From Octopus sinensis (lineage: Eukaryota), in assembly GCF_006345805.1 (NCBI RefSeq), contig NC_042997.1:210428001-210492000 (forward strand): DNA of 64,000 nt, read 5' to 3'. The notes beneath the pieces were generated by a model. That model made no database searches, was not told where the DNA came from, and saw nothing but the letters and a program-made list of their open reading frames with translations. Positions 1 to 12,070 of the stretch are shown piece after piece; within the stretch, counting starts at the first letter, position 1, and every line of letters begins with the position of its first letter. The position numbers and the translations under genes were made by a program.

Positions 1-734
1 CACAGTGCAGTTCTTTGGGTCATTGGATCCTCTTTCAAACTGTCCAACCCATGGCAACCTGGAAGACCGGTGTTAAACGAGGATGATACGAATGCTGGAC
101 TGTGAAACTACGTATTGGTCAGTTCTAAAGTTGACCGTTACAACTGTAACAAGAACAAGAATATATTTTACCTTTTAACCACTCCAACCTCTTTGCGATC
201 ATCAGCAGATACCTACCTCCACCCCGACCCCCATCTGCTATGCTATGGCCACATAAGCAATGAATGTAGGTACGACCCATGAAGGCCATGGCTGGATTTG
301 ATCATTGAACACAAACAATTGCGATGAAATAATGTTCTCAAATATTGGTACAAAGCCTGAAATTTTGAGGGGGGGGATAGTTAATTAAATTGCCCCCCCC
401 CCAGTGTCCATCTTGTAACTTCTCTGGGGAGAAGTTCCAACAAAATGAAATCTCCAAGAGGTTTAAATGCACGAGTCTCCAGTATCCAAGTGGATACAGC
501 TCTGAGCACTAACGTAGCATGGGTGGGAGAGACCCTTGGCAATATACCGTGCTTATGTTGACCTGTGAAGCCAAGTGAGACCATAGTGGTAGCTGGTGCC
601 AGTGTCAGGTTAGTGGCACCTGTGCCAGCATGGAAAGCAGACGTTAAACGATGCTGATGATGATGATGTCTGTTTTCACAGTGTTGTTCGAAGGAGATTT
701 GCTCTTATTTGTTGAATAAAAATCTGCAATAATT

Positions 735-1122
735 GGGATGGAAGCACTCCGTCGGTTACGACGACGAGGGTTCCGGTTGATCCGATCAACGGAACAGCCT
801 GCTCGTGAAATTAACGTGTAAGTGGCTGAGCACTCCACAGACACGTGTACCCTTAACGTAGTTCACGGGGATATTCAGCGTGACACAGAGAGTGACAAGG
901 CCGGCCCTTTGAAATACAGGTACAACAGAAACAGGAAGTAAGAGTGAGAGAAAGTTGTGGTGAAAGAGTACAGCAGGGATCACCACCATCCCCTGCCGGA
1001 GCCTCGTGGAGCTTTTAGGTGTTTTCGCTCAATAAACACTCACAACGCCCGGTCTGGGAATCGAAACCGCGATCCTACGACCGTGAGTCCGCTGCCCTAA
1101 CCACTGGGCCATTGCGCCTCCA
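735..1122 (-). mobile_element. Full-length tRNA-derived SINE (family D here) with 20-bp TSD
   Basis: Head GGAGGCGCAATGGCCCAGTGGTTAGGG..GTTTCGATTCC with A and B boxes. TSD AATAAAAATCTGCAATAATT at 715-734 and 1123-1142. Related copy at about 22770-23080 (+). Confidence 0.85.
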
Positions 1123-2524
1123 AATAAAAATCTGCAATAATTATGCACCAACCCAATATGAATAAACGAAGTTTCAACAGTGTCAAAGTTCTCAAAAGGA
1201 ACAGAATGCGGGTGTGTGGGTGGATGTATGTTGAAATGAAAAGCACCCAGTGCACTCTCTAAAGTGGTTGGCATTAGGATGGGGCTCCAGCTGTAGAAAT
1301 CTTGCCAAAATAGATAGTAGTAGTGCTTGGTGCAGTCCTCTGGCTGGCCATCACCACTTAAACCATCCAACCCTTGCCTGCATGGATTATGGATGTTTAA
1401 TGATGCCACCACTGACGCTGACGATACATCTAGAGTCAAAGGAAGCAGTGTTAAAGTATAACCATGTTCCATGCTGTCGGTCATGCTCAGGTGGATCTAC
1501 TCAGGACTATTTTGTCCCTCCCACATCTGAATATACACGAAGGTGTTAAATAGAACTGGATGCACCAATATATAGACAGGCTGGCCCAAAAGTAGGTTTA
1601 CAATTATTCAACAATCTCTTTCACATTTATATATTAACTGTTTAGATCTTAACTATAAAAAGATATGAAACCATTATTCTTTGCTAATTTAATTAATTTT
1701 GTCAAGCTCCCTTTTCAGATTGGAAGATAGAAATTTAAATGTAATAAAATGTTTTAAAAGAAATTTAAAGTACCTCACCTGTGCTTGTGCCACGTAAAAG
1801 GCACTAAGTCCACTCTGCTAAGTGGTTGGTGTTAGGAAGGGCATCCAGCTGTAGAGACGTACCAAAACAGCCACAGAAGTCTGGTACAGGCTTCTGCCTG
1901 GGTGGTTCTTGTGAAACCATCCTATGCATGCTAGCATGGAAGGTGCACATTAAACAATGATGATGATATATATCATCATCATCATTTAATGTCCGCTTTC
2001 CATGCTGGTTTGGGTTTGACGGTTTGACTGAGGACTGGCAAGCCAGGAGCCTGCACCAGGCTCCAATCTGATCTGGCAAGGTTTCTAAAGTTAGATGCCC
2101 TTCCTAATGCCAACCACTTCGAGAGCGTAGTGGGTGTTTTCTATGTGCAACTGGTACAGGAGCCAGTCAAGTGGGGCTAGCATCGATCACGTTTGGATAG
2201 TGCTTTTTACATGCCACCAGCATGGGGGCCAGCAGGGGTTACTGGCATCAATTACATTCGGATAGTGCTTTTTATGTGCCATCATCATTTTATGTCCATT
2301 TTCCATGCTGGCATGGGTCGGATGGTTTGATAGGAGCTAAAATGCTAGAGAACTGCACCAGGCTCTAACTGTCTGTTTTGGTATGTTTTTAATGGCTGGA
2401 TGCCCTTCCTAATAATGCCAACCACTTCGCAGAGTGTACTGGGTGCTCTTTATGTGCCACCAGCACAGGGGCTTTTTATGTGACACCATATATATATATA
2501 TATGTGTGTGTGTGTGTCTGTCTG

Positions 2525-2565
<41 letters not shown>

Positions 2566-3099
2566 ATATATATATATGTATATATATATATATACAAATA
2601 AGAAAATGGAGGAATAGATTCCTTTCATCCATTTTCTTATTTGTATTATGATTTTGAGGTAAAACATTTTACCTTCGCCCATCTAATACAATAAATAAAT
2701 TAATTGCATTGCAATTATAAGCATTTATGTATTTGCCTTCTGGGTACTTCACCAGCAGTATACTGGATAACTGATATCCCATAGTGGGTTACACTCACAA
2801 CCCCTATCTCACTTTGTACTTTTATATATATATATCAAAGATGTACAGGTGTCAATTTATTATGGCTGTTTCAAGTAGCTCCATTTAATTAATTAATGAG
2901 AACATTTTATGAATTTGAAAGAAACCACTCTCTTCAGATGAAATATAATTAAGATTCAGTTCAATTAGGTACTTAAATTAAGGCACCTTGCTTAGTTTAG
3001 TACTGCCCACACACCTCAACAATATTATTTCAATATTGAATATCAAGACTCCATGTAGGGGTGTTTGTACCTAATATTCTGTACAAGGGTTCTCTATAA

Positions 3100-3622
3100 A
3101 AATGTCAAGCGCTGAATACAGCCCCAGGCTAAAGAAGGTCTTCACCCATATAAGGTGTTGTTACCTGTTTGGTGAGATATGAAAGGTTTAGTCCACTTTG
3201 AACTTTTAAACCCAAACCAAATGATAATAAAGAAGATCTACTGTGAGCAGTTTGAGCGGCTTAAGTCAGCGCTAGAAGGAACACAACCATCTTTGGTTTC
3301 AAGACGAAAGGTGTTCTTCCATCAGGATAATGTTTGGCCACATACAGTGATGATAATATTCCAAAGTCTGGAGCAGATTGAATGGGAAACGATGCCCCAT
3401 CCAACATATTCGCTGGACATTGCACCATCTGATTATCATTTATTCCACAGATACCAAAATCATTTATACAGAAACAATATGAATTCTGTAGATGAGATCA
3501 GAACAGTACTGGAGGAGTATTTTTCATCACAGACAAGCAAATTTTGGAAGCGGAGCCTTGCAAATCTACCAGATAAATGGAAGAGCATTGTGGAAAATGA
3601 GGGAGAGTATATTTTAGATTAA
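3100..3622 (+). mobile_element. Mariner (DD34D) transposase remnant, 3' half
   Basis: ORF 3179-3622 has HQDN..PH and PHPTYSLDIAPSDYHLF with 34 residues between the two Asp. The upstream LHP.KVLL.VW* motif is broken by a stop. No TIRs recognised. Confidence 0.9.
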
Positions 3623-3837
3623 AAAAGAACTTTCTTTATCTTAATTTTGAAAAATAAAATTGTGATTTGTCTGCTTTCCTACTTATTAAGATTTGGTTTT
3701 TGCTGAAATAATCCTAAGGCCCTTTGATTCTAGACCTTGTTTCTATATCTGAAATTTCTTCTCTAGTTCTGGTAGTGATTCAGCTATAAGAACATGGTCG
3801 TAAGCATACACACACACACAGGATCATCAGTACATAC

Positions 3838-3890
<53 letters not shown>

Positions 3891-4095
3891 TATAGATATA
3901 GGAGGCACAATGGCCAAGTGGTTAAGGCAGCGGACTCGCGGTTTCAATTCCCAGACCGGGCATTGTGAGTGTTTATTGAGTGAAAACACCTAAAGCTCAA
4001 TGAGGCTCTGGAAGGGGATGGTGGCGATCCCTGCTGTACTCTTTTTCAAAGGCAGTGCTCCAGCATGGCCGCAGTCAAAATGACTGAAACAAGTA

Positions 4096-4143
<48 letters not shown>

Positions 4144-5466
4144 CAAAGTAAATGGACAAGTTTTGTTTGGATAACATATTTACTCTTGTTATTCTTTTTA
4201 CAAGAGACAATAAAAGGAAAGGAAAACTTCTATACTTGCTTAACTACAAACTACAACAGAGAAGAATGGTATTTCTCAGAAAAAGTTGTCAAGGCAGCTC
4301 CAAACAGTTATGGCATTACTATGGATCATCTATAAGGCTGAGGTGCTGGAAGAGCCAGGCCCCTCTTGGAAAGATGAGAAGAGGAAAACGACAAAATCTT
4401 CATTGTCAGTTGGTACTGAAGTCTATGCAAGGGGTCACTTTTATTACAAGACTCCCCATGAACTGTGCCTCCACTTCTGTTCACAGTTCACCTCTACCCC
4501 TGTCTTCAACCATTTGACACTTTCCTTTCACACTCCCGTGAACTTACCTACTCCTTCTGATTCGTCGGCCCTATTGAGACCATAACCTCGTGGCCTATGC
4601 CAGGAGCGTAACCAGCCTTTTCCTTCTTTGGACACTAAACTCTGATTGTGAAGACCTGTTGAGGCAAGTGAAATCAAAGTCAAATTCGATGACTGGCATC
4701 CGTGCTAGCAGGGTGCAAAGAGCACCATACGAGTGTGATTGTTGACAGAGCGGATAACCGGCTTTTGTGCCAGTGGCACATAAAAGGCACCATTCGAGTG
4801 TGATCGTTACCAGCATCGCGTTACTGGCACCTGTGCTGGTGGCATGTGCAAAAAGATTTGAGCGAGGTTGTTGCCAGTGCCGCCTGACTGGTCCTCGTGC
4901 CGGTGGCACGTAAAAAGCACCCACTACACTTACGGAGTGGTTGGCGTTAGGAAGGGCATCCAGCTGTAGAAACTCTACCAGATCAAGATTGGAAACTGGT
5001 GCAGCCATCTGGCTCACCACTCCTCAGTCAAACCATCCAATCCATGCCAGCATGGAAAGCGGATGTTAAATGATGATGATGATTCTCTCTCATATTCCAT
5101 CTTGTATTTTGAAGGTTTTTCCCTGACTCCTCCACCTCTTTTCTCTCTTTCCATCTGGGGTAGCCATGCATCGCTTTTGGCACAAAACATTTGTTCCTGT
5201 CCCTACCCTGACATTCTCTTCGTCTTGTGAGTTCCTTGTCAACCTCATTAGTGCTGGTGTCAGGAAAAAGGCTTTCTTAGGAAGGGCATTCACCCATAGA
5301 CTGCAAACGAAAGTAGACTCTGGAACTCACTGCACTTCTCTGGCTCACAAAATCCTGTTGAATTGTCCAAGCTTGTCACTGTGGAAGATGGACGTTAAAC
5401 AATGATGATGATGGTTATTTTGTTTAATTAATGATTTGGTTTTGTTTAAAAATTCAGAAAGATAGG

Positions 5467-5629
5467 TGTAGGAGTGGCTGTGTGGTAAGCAGCTTGCTTA
5501 CCAACCACATAGTTCCGGGTTCAGTCCCACTGTGTGGCACCTTGGGCAAATATCTTCTGCTATAGCCTTGGGTCGACCAAATCCTTGTGAGTGGATTTGG
5601 TAGACGGAAACTGAAAAAAGCCCGTCGTA

Positions 5630-5686
<57 letters not shown>

Positions 5687-5880
5687 ATTTGTGTGTCTAT
5701 GTTTGTCCCTCAGCATCGCTTGACAACCGATGCTGGTGTGTTTACGTCCCCGTAACTTAGCGGTTCGGCAAAAGAGACCGATAAAATCAGTACTAAGCTT
5801 ACAAAGAATAAGTCCTGGGGTCGATTTGCTCGACTAAAGGCTGTGCTCCAGCATGGCCACAGTCAAGAGTAAAGAGAGTA
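5467..5880 (+). mobile_element. tRNA-derived SINE (family B here), representative copy
   Basis: GTAGGAGTGGCTGTGTGGTAAG..GGTTCAGTCCC head, CCTTGGGCAA segment resembling the start of the CORE domain, internal (TA)n(TG)n and AGTAAAAG-type tail. Other copies: ~13860-14222(-), 28090-28490(+), 29715-29890(-), 47320-47500(-), 57815-58170(+), 63490-63890(-). Confidence 0.8.
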
Positions 5881-7759
5881 AGTAGGATCTGAAAATCATA
5901 CAACAATCGCAGGCAAATTGCAGCTTGCTGGACCTTCTGAATAGCTTGGATAACAACCAAATTACTTTGGATTTTGTTTAGCAGTGTGACCTGCTTGATG
6001 ATGAGTCGTATCTCATGTGGCCCATTATTTCTCAAAAAAGGTTCCCATTCCTGACATACAACTTATTTCAAGTGGAATTGGATCTCAACACTTGTTTAAT
6101 ATTTGGGGAAGTTACGAACTATACAAAGCTGAGAGGACTCTTTTGAAAAAAGTACATCTGAAAGTCTGACAAATATTGTGAACATGTAGGGATTTTTAAT
6201 TAATATGAGACTTGTTTAGGTGTGGTCAAGAAGTTTTCTTCACATCCAGCTGGCTTCAGGTTCGGTTCCAATGTGTGGTACCTTGGGTAACCCTGGGCTA
6301 ACCAATCCTGTGTAACTATGTGGAAATTTGTAGTATATTTATCTGTCTGTCTTTACGCACACACACGTTTGTGTGTGTGTGTGCGTTGTCACCTTATCGT
6401 TTGACAACCGGTGTAAGTTTGTTTACGTTCTCAAAACTTAACACTTTGATCAAATAAGCATGACTCTTAAAACAAGCCCTGGGACGATTTGTTCCACTAA
6501 CTACTTCGAAGCAGTACCTCAGTATGGCCGTAGTCCCAGGGAGAAATCCTGCTCCGTTGCTCCAACTTCAGAGTGTTTCACTAATAAATACCGTTTCAGG
6601 TTCCGTCACAAAGATTTTTAAATATTCAAAATTCCGGTGATTCTGAAACTACGTTACGATCTTTAGACAGAACCGTTCTTCTGCCTTTTTTTCTTTCTTT
6701 TTGTGAGTAATTAAGGAAACAGTGAGAAAGCACCTGGCAATATATATTTTATATGAATCATCAGTAAATAACTCCCAACAGGATGTAAAGACATTGTGAA
6801 CATTTTAAATATTTTCAATAATGTCTTAATTTATTTGGAACATCGCCGAAACAGTCCTTAAAACCCACGGCAAATGAAAAATTATGTATAATAAACTAAT
6901 TATCCTAAAATTATCGACAGCAATCATAAATCCACAAAACTAATTAAAGACATTTTATTGCAAAGAAATAATTAATGTGTCCGTTTTAGTCAAAAGATGA
7001 TTAATTAGGTCGGAACATTTTCCGATAATTCACAAATAATTCGTAACGCTAAGTGAATCCTGATCCTGTCGAGCTCTACACAAAGACATTCCACCTATGA
7101 CCATCCAGTTAGAGGTTTACATAATCCAAGGTCTTAGTATGTTTCAAACTACTTAGATCTTCCCTCGGTGGGTTTAATTAGTTTTAGTGTCTGCCTCTTA
7201 TAATTAAATTTATTCCAGGAAATAAATATTTCACTATCTCCGAGGATGTTGTTGAATATATTTATTTATATACATACCTTGTGTATATATTGTATTTCAA
7301 ATAGGAAACAGCTGGGATCCACCCTGCCGACCTATATAATCTATATACGCCAAATATATACGGCGTATATATTTAATCTTCTTTAATTATAAACTAGAGA
7401 CTCTCCACTCGTAACAAATAATAATAATGAGGCCGATGTGTGTTTGTGTGTATATATTTCTGTCCAGAAACGATCCCAGGCATCAGCCTCTCTCTCTCTC
7501 TATCCGTCCATCCACCCCTTTTGTGATGCGGGTGTGTTCTGTCAAAAACCAGCGGAACAACACGAAACACGTCAGCAAAATGGCATTTCCTGTATTTCAT
7601 TAACGATAATCGTTTAGAAACGGGAATAAAACTGGGCGAGAAGCAACAAAAATCCTTTCGGTTAAAATCAAATGAAGAACCAAAAAAAATTGTCTCCGAT
7701 GCAAAAATTTTTAAACTAATTCAATTTATATATTATTTTTGATGGCCGTTACTATAGTT

Positions 7760-7832
7760 GCCTCCATAGCTCAGTGGTTAGAGCACTGGTCTTGTAAACC
7801 AGGGGTCGTGAGTTCGATCCTCACTGGGGGCT
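7760..7832 (+). tRNA. tRNA-Thr-TGT: tRNA-Thr(UGU)
   Basis: GCCTCCATAGCTCAGTGGTTAGAGCACTGGTCTTGTAAACCAGGGGTCGTGAGTTCGATCCTCACTGGGGGCT, 73 nt. Full cloverleaf with anticodon arm CTGGT-CT[TGT]AA-ACCAG, A and B boxes, and a T6 terminator at 7844-7849. Confidence 0.97.
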
Positions 7833-8051
7833 TCTGTTACACATTTTTTGCTTTAATTTATAATTTCGATGTTATTTTTTCGATATTTTTTTCTTCACTT
7901 TATTCTTCGTTATTTTGTTTTCCATTTCACAACAGAATCCTTACGTGCCATCTCCGTCATAACAAATTACTTGAACAATATGAGAATTAGCTTAAAAATG
8001 CTGTCACATATTTATAATAACGAAATAGAAAAATAATAGGAAAAAAAAAAC

Positions 8052-11000
8052 AGGCTCCAGGGGGATTCGAACCCTCGACCTCCAGTTTACTAGACTGGCG
8101 CTCTAACCATCTGAGCTATGGAGCCTCACGTTAAGCTATTTTTTAAAAATAGCTATAATTGCCAATAGATATAAAATGAAAAAAGTTGTAAATAGTGACA
8201 AAAAGGCTCCAGGGGGATTCGAACCCTCGACCTCCAGTTTACTAGACTGGCGCTCTAACCATCTGAGCTATGGAGCCTCACGTTAAGCTATATTTTAAAA
8301 ATAGCTATAATTGCCAATAGATATAAAATGAAAAAAGTTGTAAATAGTGACAAAAAGGCTCCAGGGGGATTCGAACCCTCGACCTCCAGTTTACTAGACT
8401 GGCGCTCTAACCATCTGAGCTATGGAGCCTCACGTTAAGCTATTTTTTAAAAATAGCTATAATTGCCAATAGATATAAAATGAAAAAAGTTGTAAATAGT
8501 GACAAAAAGGCTCCAGGGGGATTCGAACCCTCGACCTCCAGTTTACTAGACTGGCGCTCTAACCATCTGAGCTATGGAGCCTCACGTTAAGCTATTTTTT
8601 AAAAATAGCTATAATTGCCAATAGATATAAAATGAAAAAAGTGTAAATAGTGACAAAAAGGCTCCAGGGGGATTCGAACCCTCGACCTCCAGTTTACTAG
8701 ACTGGCGCTCTAACCATCTGAGCTATGGAGCCTCACGTTAAGCTATTTTTTAAAAATAGCTATAATTGCCAATAGATATAAAATGAAAAAAGTTGTAAAT
8801 AGTGACAAAAAGGCTCCAGGGGGATTCGAACCCTCGACCTCCAGTTTACTAGACTGGCGCTCTAACCATCTGAGCTATGGAGCCTCACGTTAAGCTATAT
8901 TTTAAAAATAGCTATAATTGCCAATAGATATAAAATGAAAAAAGTTGTAAATAGTGACAAAAAGGCTCCAGGGGGATTCGAACCCTCGACCTCCAGTTTA
9001 CTAGACTGGCGCTCTAACCATCTGAGCTATGGAGCCTCACGTTAAGCTTTTTAAAAATAGCTATAATTGCCAATAGATATAAAATGAAAAAAGTTGTAAA
9101 TAGTGACAAAAAGGCTCCAGGGGGATTCGAACCCTCGACCTCCAGTTTACTAGACTGGCGCTCTAACCATCTGAGCTATGGAGCCTCACGTTAAGCTATT
9201 TTTTAAAAATAGCTATAATTGCCAATAGATATAAAATGAAAAAAGTTGTAAACAGTGACAAAAAGGCTCCAGGGGGATTCGAACCCTCGACCTCCAGTTT
9301 ACTAGACTGGCGCTCTAACCATCTGAGCTATGGAGCCTCACGTTAAGCTATATTTTAAAAATAGCTATAATTGCCAATAGATATAAAATGAAAAAAGTTG
9401 TAAATAGTGACAAAAAGGCTCCAGGGGGATTCGAACCCTCGACCTCCAGTTTACTAGACTGGCGCTCTAACCATCTGAGCTATGGAGCCTCACGTTAAGC
9501 TATTTTTTAAAAATAGCTATAATTGCCAATAGATATAAAATGAAAAAAGTTGTAAATAGTGACAAAAAGGCTCCAGGGGGATTCGAACCCTCAACCTCCA
9601 GTTTACTAGACTGGCGCTCTAACCATCTGAGCTATGGAGCCTCACGTTAAGCTATTTTTTAAAAATAGCTATAATTGCCAATAGATATAAAATGAAAAAA
9701 GTTGTAAATAGTGACAAAAAGGCTCCAGGGGGATTCGAACCCTCGACCTCCAGTTTACTAGACTGGCGCTCTAACCATCTGAGCTATGGAGCCTCGCGTT
9801 AAGCTATTTTTTAAAAATAACTATAATTGCCAATAGATATAAAATGAAAAAAGTTGTAAATAGTGACAAAAAGGCTCCAGGGGGATTCGAACCCTCGACC
9901 TCCAGTTTACTAGACTGGCGCTCTAACCATCTGAGCTACGGAGCCTCACGTTAAGCTATTTTTTAAAAATAGCTATAATTGCCAATAGATATAAAATGAA
10001 AAAAGTTGTAAATAGTGACAAAAAGGCTCCAGGGGGATTCGAACCCTCGACCTCCAGTTTACTAGACTGGCGCTCTAACCATCTGAGCTATGGAGCCTCG
10101 CGTTAAGCTATTTTTTAAAAATAGCTATAATTGCCAATAGATATAAAATGAAAAAAGTTGTAAATAGTGACAAAAAGGCTCCAGGGGGATTCGAACCCTC
10201 GACCTCCAGTTTACTAGACTGGCGCTCTAACCATCTGAGCTATGGAGCCTCGCGTTAAGCTATTTTTTAAAAATAGCTATAATTGCCAATAGATATAAAA
10301 TGAAAAAAGTTGTAAATAGTGACAAAAAGGCTCCAGGGGGATTCGAACCCTCGACCTCCAGTTTACTAGACTGGCGCTCTAACCATCTGAGCTATGGAGC
10401 CTCGCGTTAAGCTATTTTTTAAAAATAGCTATAATTGCCAATAGATATAAAATGAAAAAAAGTTGTAAATAGTGACAAAAAGGCTCCAGGGGGATTCGAA
10501 CCCTCGACCTCCAGTTTACTAGACTGGCGCTCTAACCATCTGAGCTATGGAGCCTCACGTTAAGCTATTTTTTAAAAATAGCTATAATTGCCAATAGATA
10601 TAAAATGAAAAAAGTTGTAAATAGTGACAAAAAGGCTCCAGGGGGATTCGAACCCTCGACCTCCAGTTTACTAGACTGGCGCTCTAACCATCTGAGCTAT
10701 GGAGCCTCGCGTTAAGCTATTTTTTAAAAATAGCTATAATTGCCATAGATATAAAATGAAAAAAGTTGTAAATAGTGACAAAAAGGCTCCAGGGGGATTC
10801 GAACCCTCGACCTCCAGTTTACTAGACTGGCGCTCTAACCATCTGAGCTATGGAGCCTCGCGTTAAGCTATTTTTTAAAATAGCTATAATTGCCAATAGA
10901 TATAAAATGAAAAAAGTTGTAAATAGTGACAAAAAGGCTCCAGGGGGATTCGAACCCTCGACCTCCAGTTTACTAGACTGGCGCTCTAACCATCTGAGCT

Positions 11001-12070
11001 ATGGAGCCCCACGTTAAGCTATTTTTTAAAAATAGCTATAATTGCCAATAGATATAAAATGAAAAAAGTTGTAAATAGTGACAAAAAGGCTCCAGGGGGA
11101 TTCGAACCCTCGACCTCCAGTTTACTAGACTGGCGCTCTAACCATCTGAGCTATGGAGCCTCACGTTAAGCTATTTTTTAAAATAGCTATAATTGCCAAT
11201 AGATATAAAATGAAAAAAGTTGTAAATAGTGACAAAAAGGCTCCAGGGGGATTCGAACCCTCGACCTCCAGTTTACTAGACTGGCGCTCTAACCATCTGA
11301 GCTATGGAGCCTCACGTTAAGCTATTTTTTAAAAATAGCTATAATTGCCAATAGATATAAAATGAAAAAAGTTGTAAATAGTGACAAAAAGGCTCCAGGG
11401 GGATTCGAACCCTCGACCTCCAGTTACTAGACTGGCGCTCTAACCATCTGAGCTATGGAGCCTCACGTTAAGCTATTTTTTAAAAATAGCTATAATTGCC
11501 AATAGATATAAAATGAAAAAAGTTGTAAATAGTGACAAAAAGGCTCCAGGGGGATTCGAACCCTCGACCTCCAGTTTACTAGACTGGCGCTCTAACCATC
11601 TGAGCTATGGAGCCTCACGTTAAGCTATTTTTTAAAAATAGCTATAATTGCCAATAGATATAAAATGAAAAAAGTTGTAAATAGTGACAAAAAGGCTCCA
11701 GGGGGATTCGAACCCTCGACCTCCAGTTTACTAGACTGGCGCTCTAACCATCTGAGCTATGGAGCCTCACGTTAAGCTATTTTTTTAAATTAGCTATAAT
11801 TGCCAATAGATATAAAATGAAAAAAGTTGTAAATAGTGACAAAAAGGCTCCAGGGGGATTCGAACCCTCGACCTCCAGTTTACTAGACTGGCGCTCTAAC
11901 CATCTGAGCTATGGAGCCTCACGTTAAGTTATTTTTTTTAAATAGCTATAATTGCCAATAGATATAAAATGAAAAAAGTTGTAAATAGTGACAAAAAGGC
12001 TCCAGGGGGATTCGAACCCTCGACCTCCAGTTTACTAGACTGGCGCTCTAACCATCTGAGCTATGGAGCC
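8052..12070 (-). tRNA. tRNA-Thr-AGT: Tandem array of 27 tRNA-Thr(AGU) genes; unit 149-153 bp (mode 152) = 74-nt tRNA + ~78-nt spacer
   Basis: Reverse complement of each unit is GGCTCCATAGCTCAGATGGTTAGAGCGCCAGTCTAGTAAACTGGAGGTCGAGGGTTCGAATCCCCCTGGAGCCT, with anticodon arm CCAGT-CT[AGT]AA-ACTGG. Left coordinates counted: 8052, 8204, 8356, 8508, 8659, 8811, 8963, 9112, 9264, 9416, 9568, 9720, 9872, 10024, 10176, 10328, 10481, 10633, 10784, 10935, 11087, 11238, 11390, 11541, 11693, 11845, 11997. Confidence 0.96.
8200..8204 (-). terminator. Pol III oligo-T terminator at the 3' end of each array tRNA (copy 2 shown)
   Basis: The - strand reads ...GGAGCC TTTTT GTCACTATTTACAACTTTTTT after copies 2-27; copy 1 is followed by G and a run of at least 10 T. 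Confidence 0.8.

Noticed and set aside
2409-2682. YIYI- and CVCV-rich ORFs here and at about 3780, 5498, 14027, 15236-16529 and 25031-25467
   Set aside because: They are translations of (TA)n and (TG)n microsatellites.
8090-8096. Amber-suppressor (CUA) reading of the array anticodon loop
   Set aside because: With the 5-bp stem CCAGT/ACTGG the 7-nt loop is C-U-[AGU]-A-A; CUA occupies positions 32-34, not 34-36.
8052-12070. CRISPR-like array
   Set aside because: The spacers are copies of one another rather than unique, the repeat is a complete tRNA, the context is eukaryotic, and no cas genes are present.
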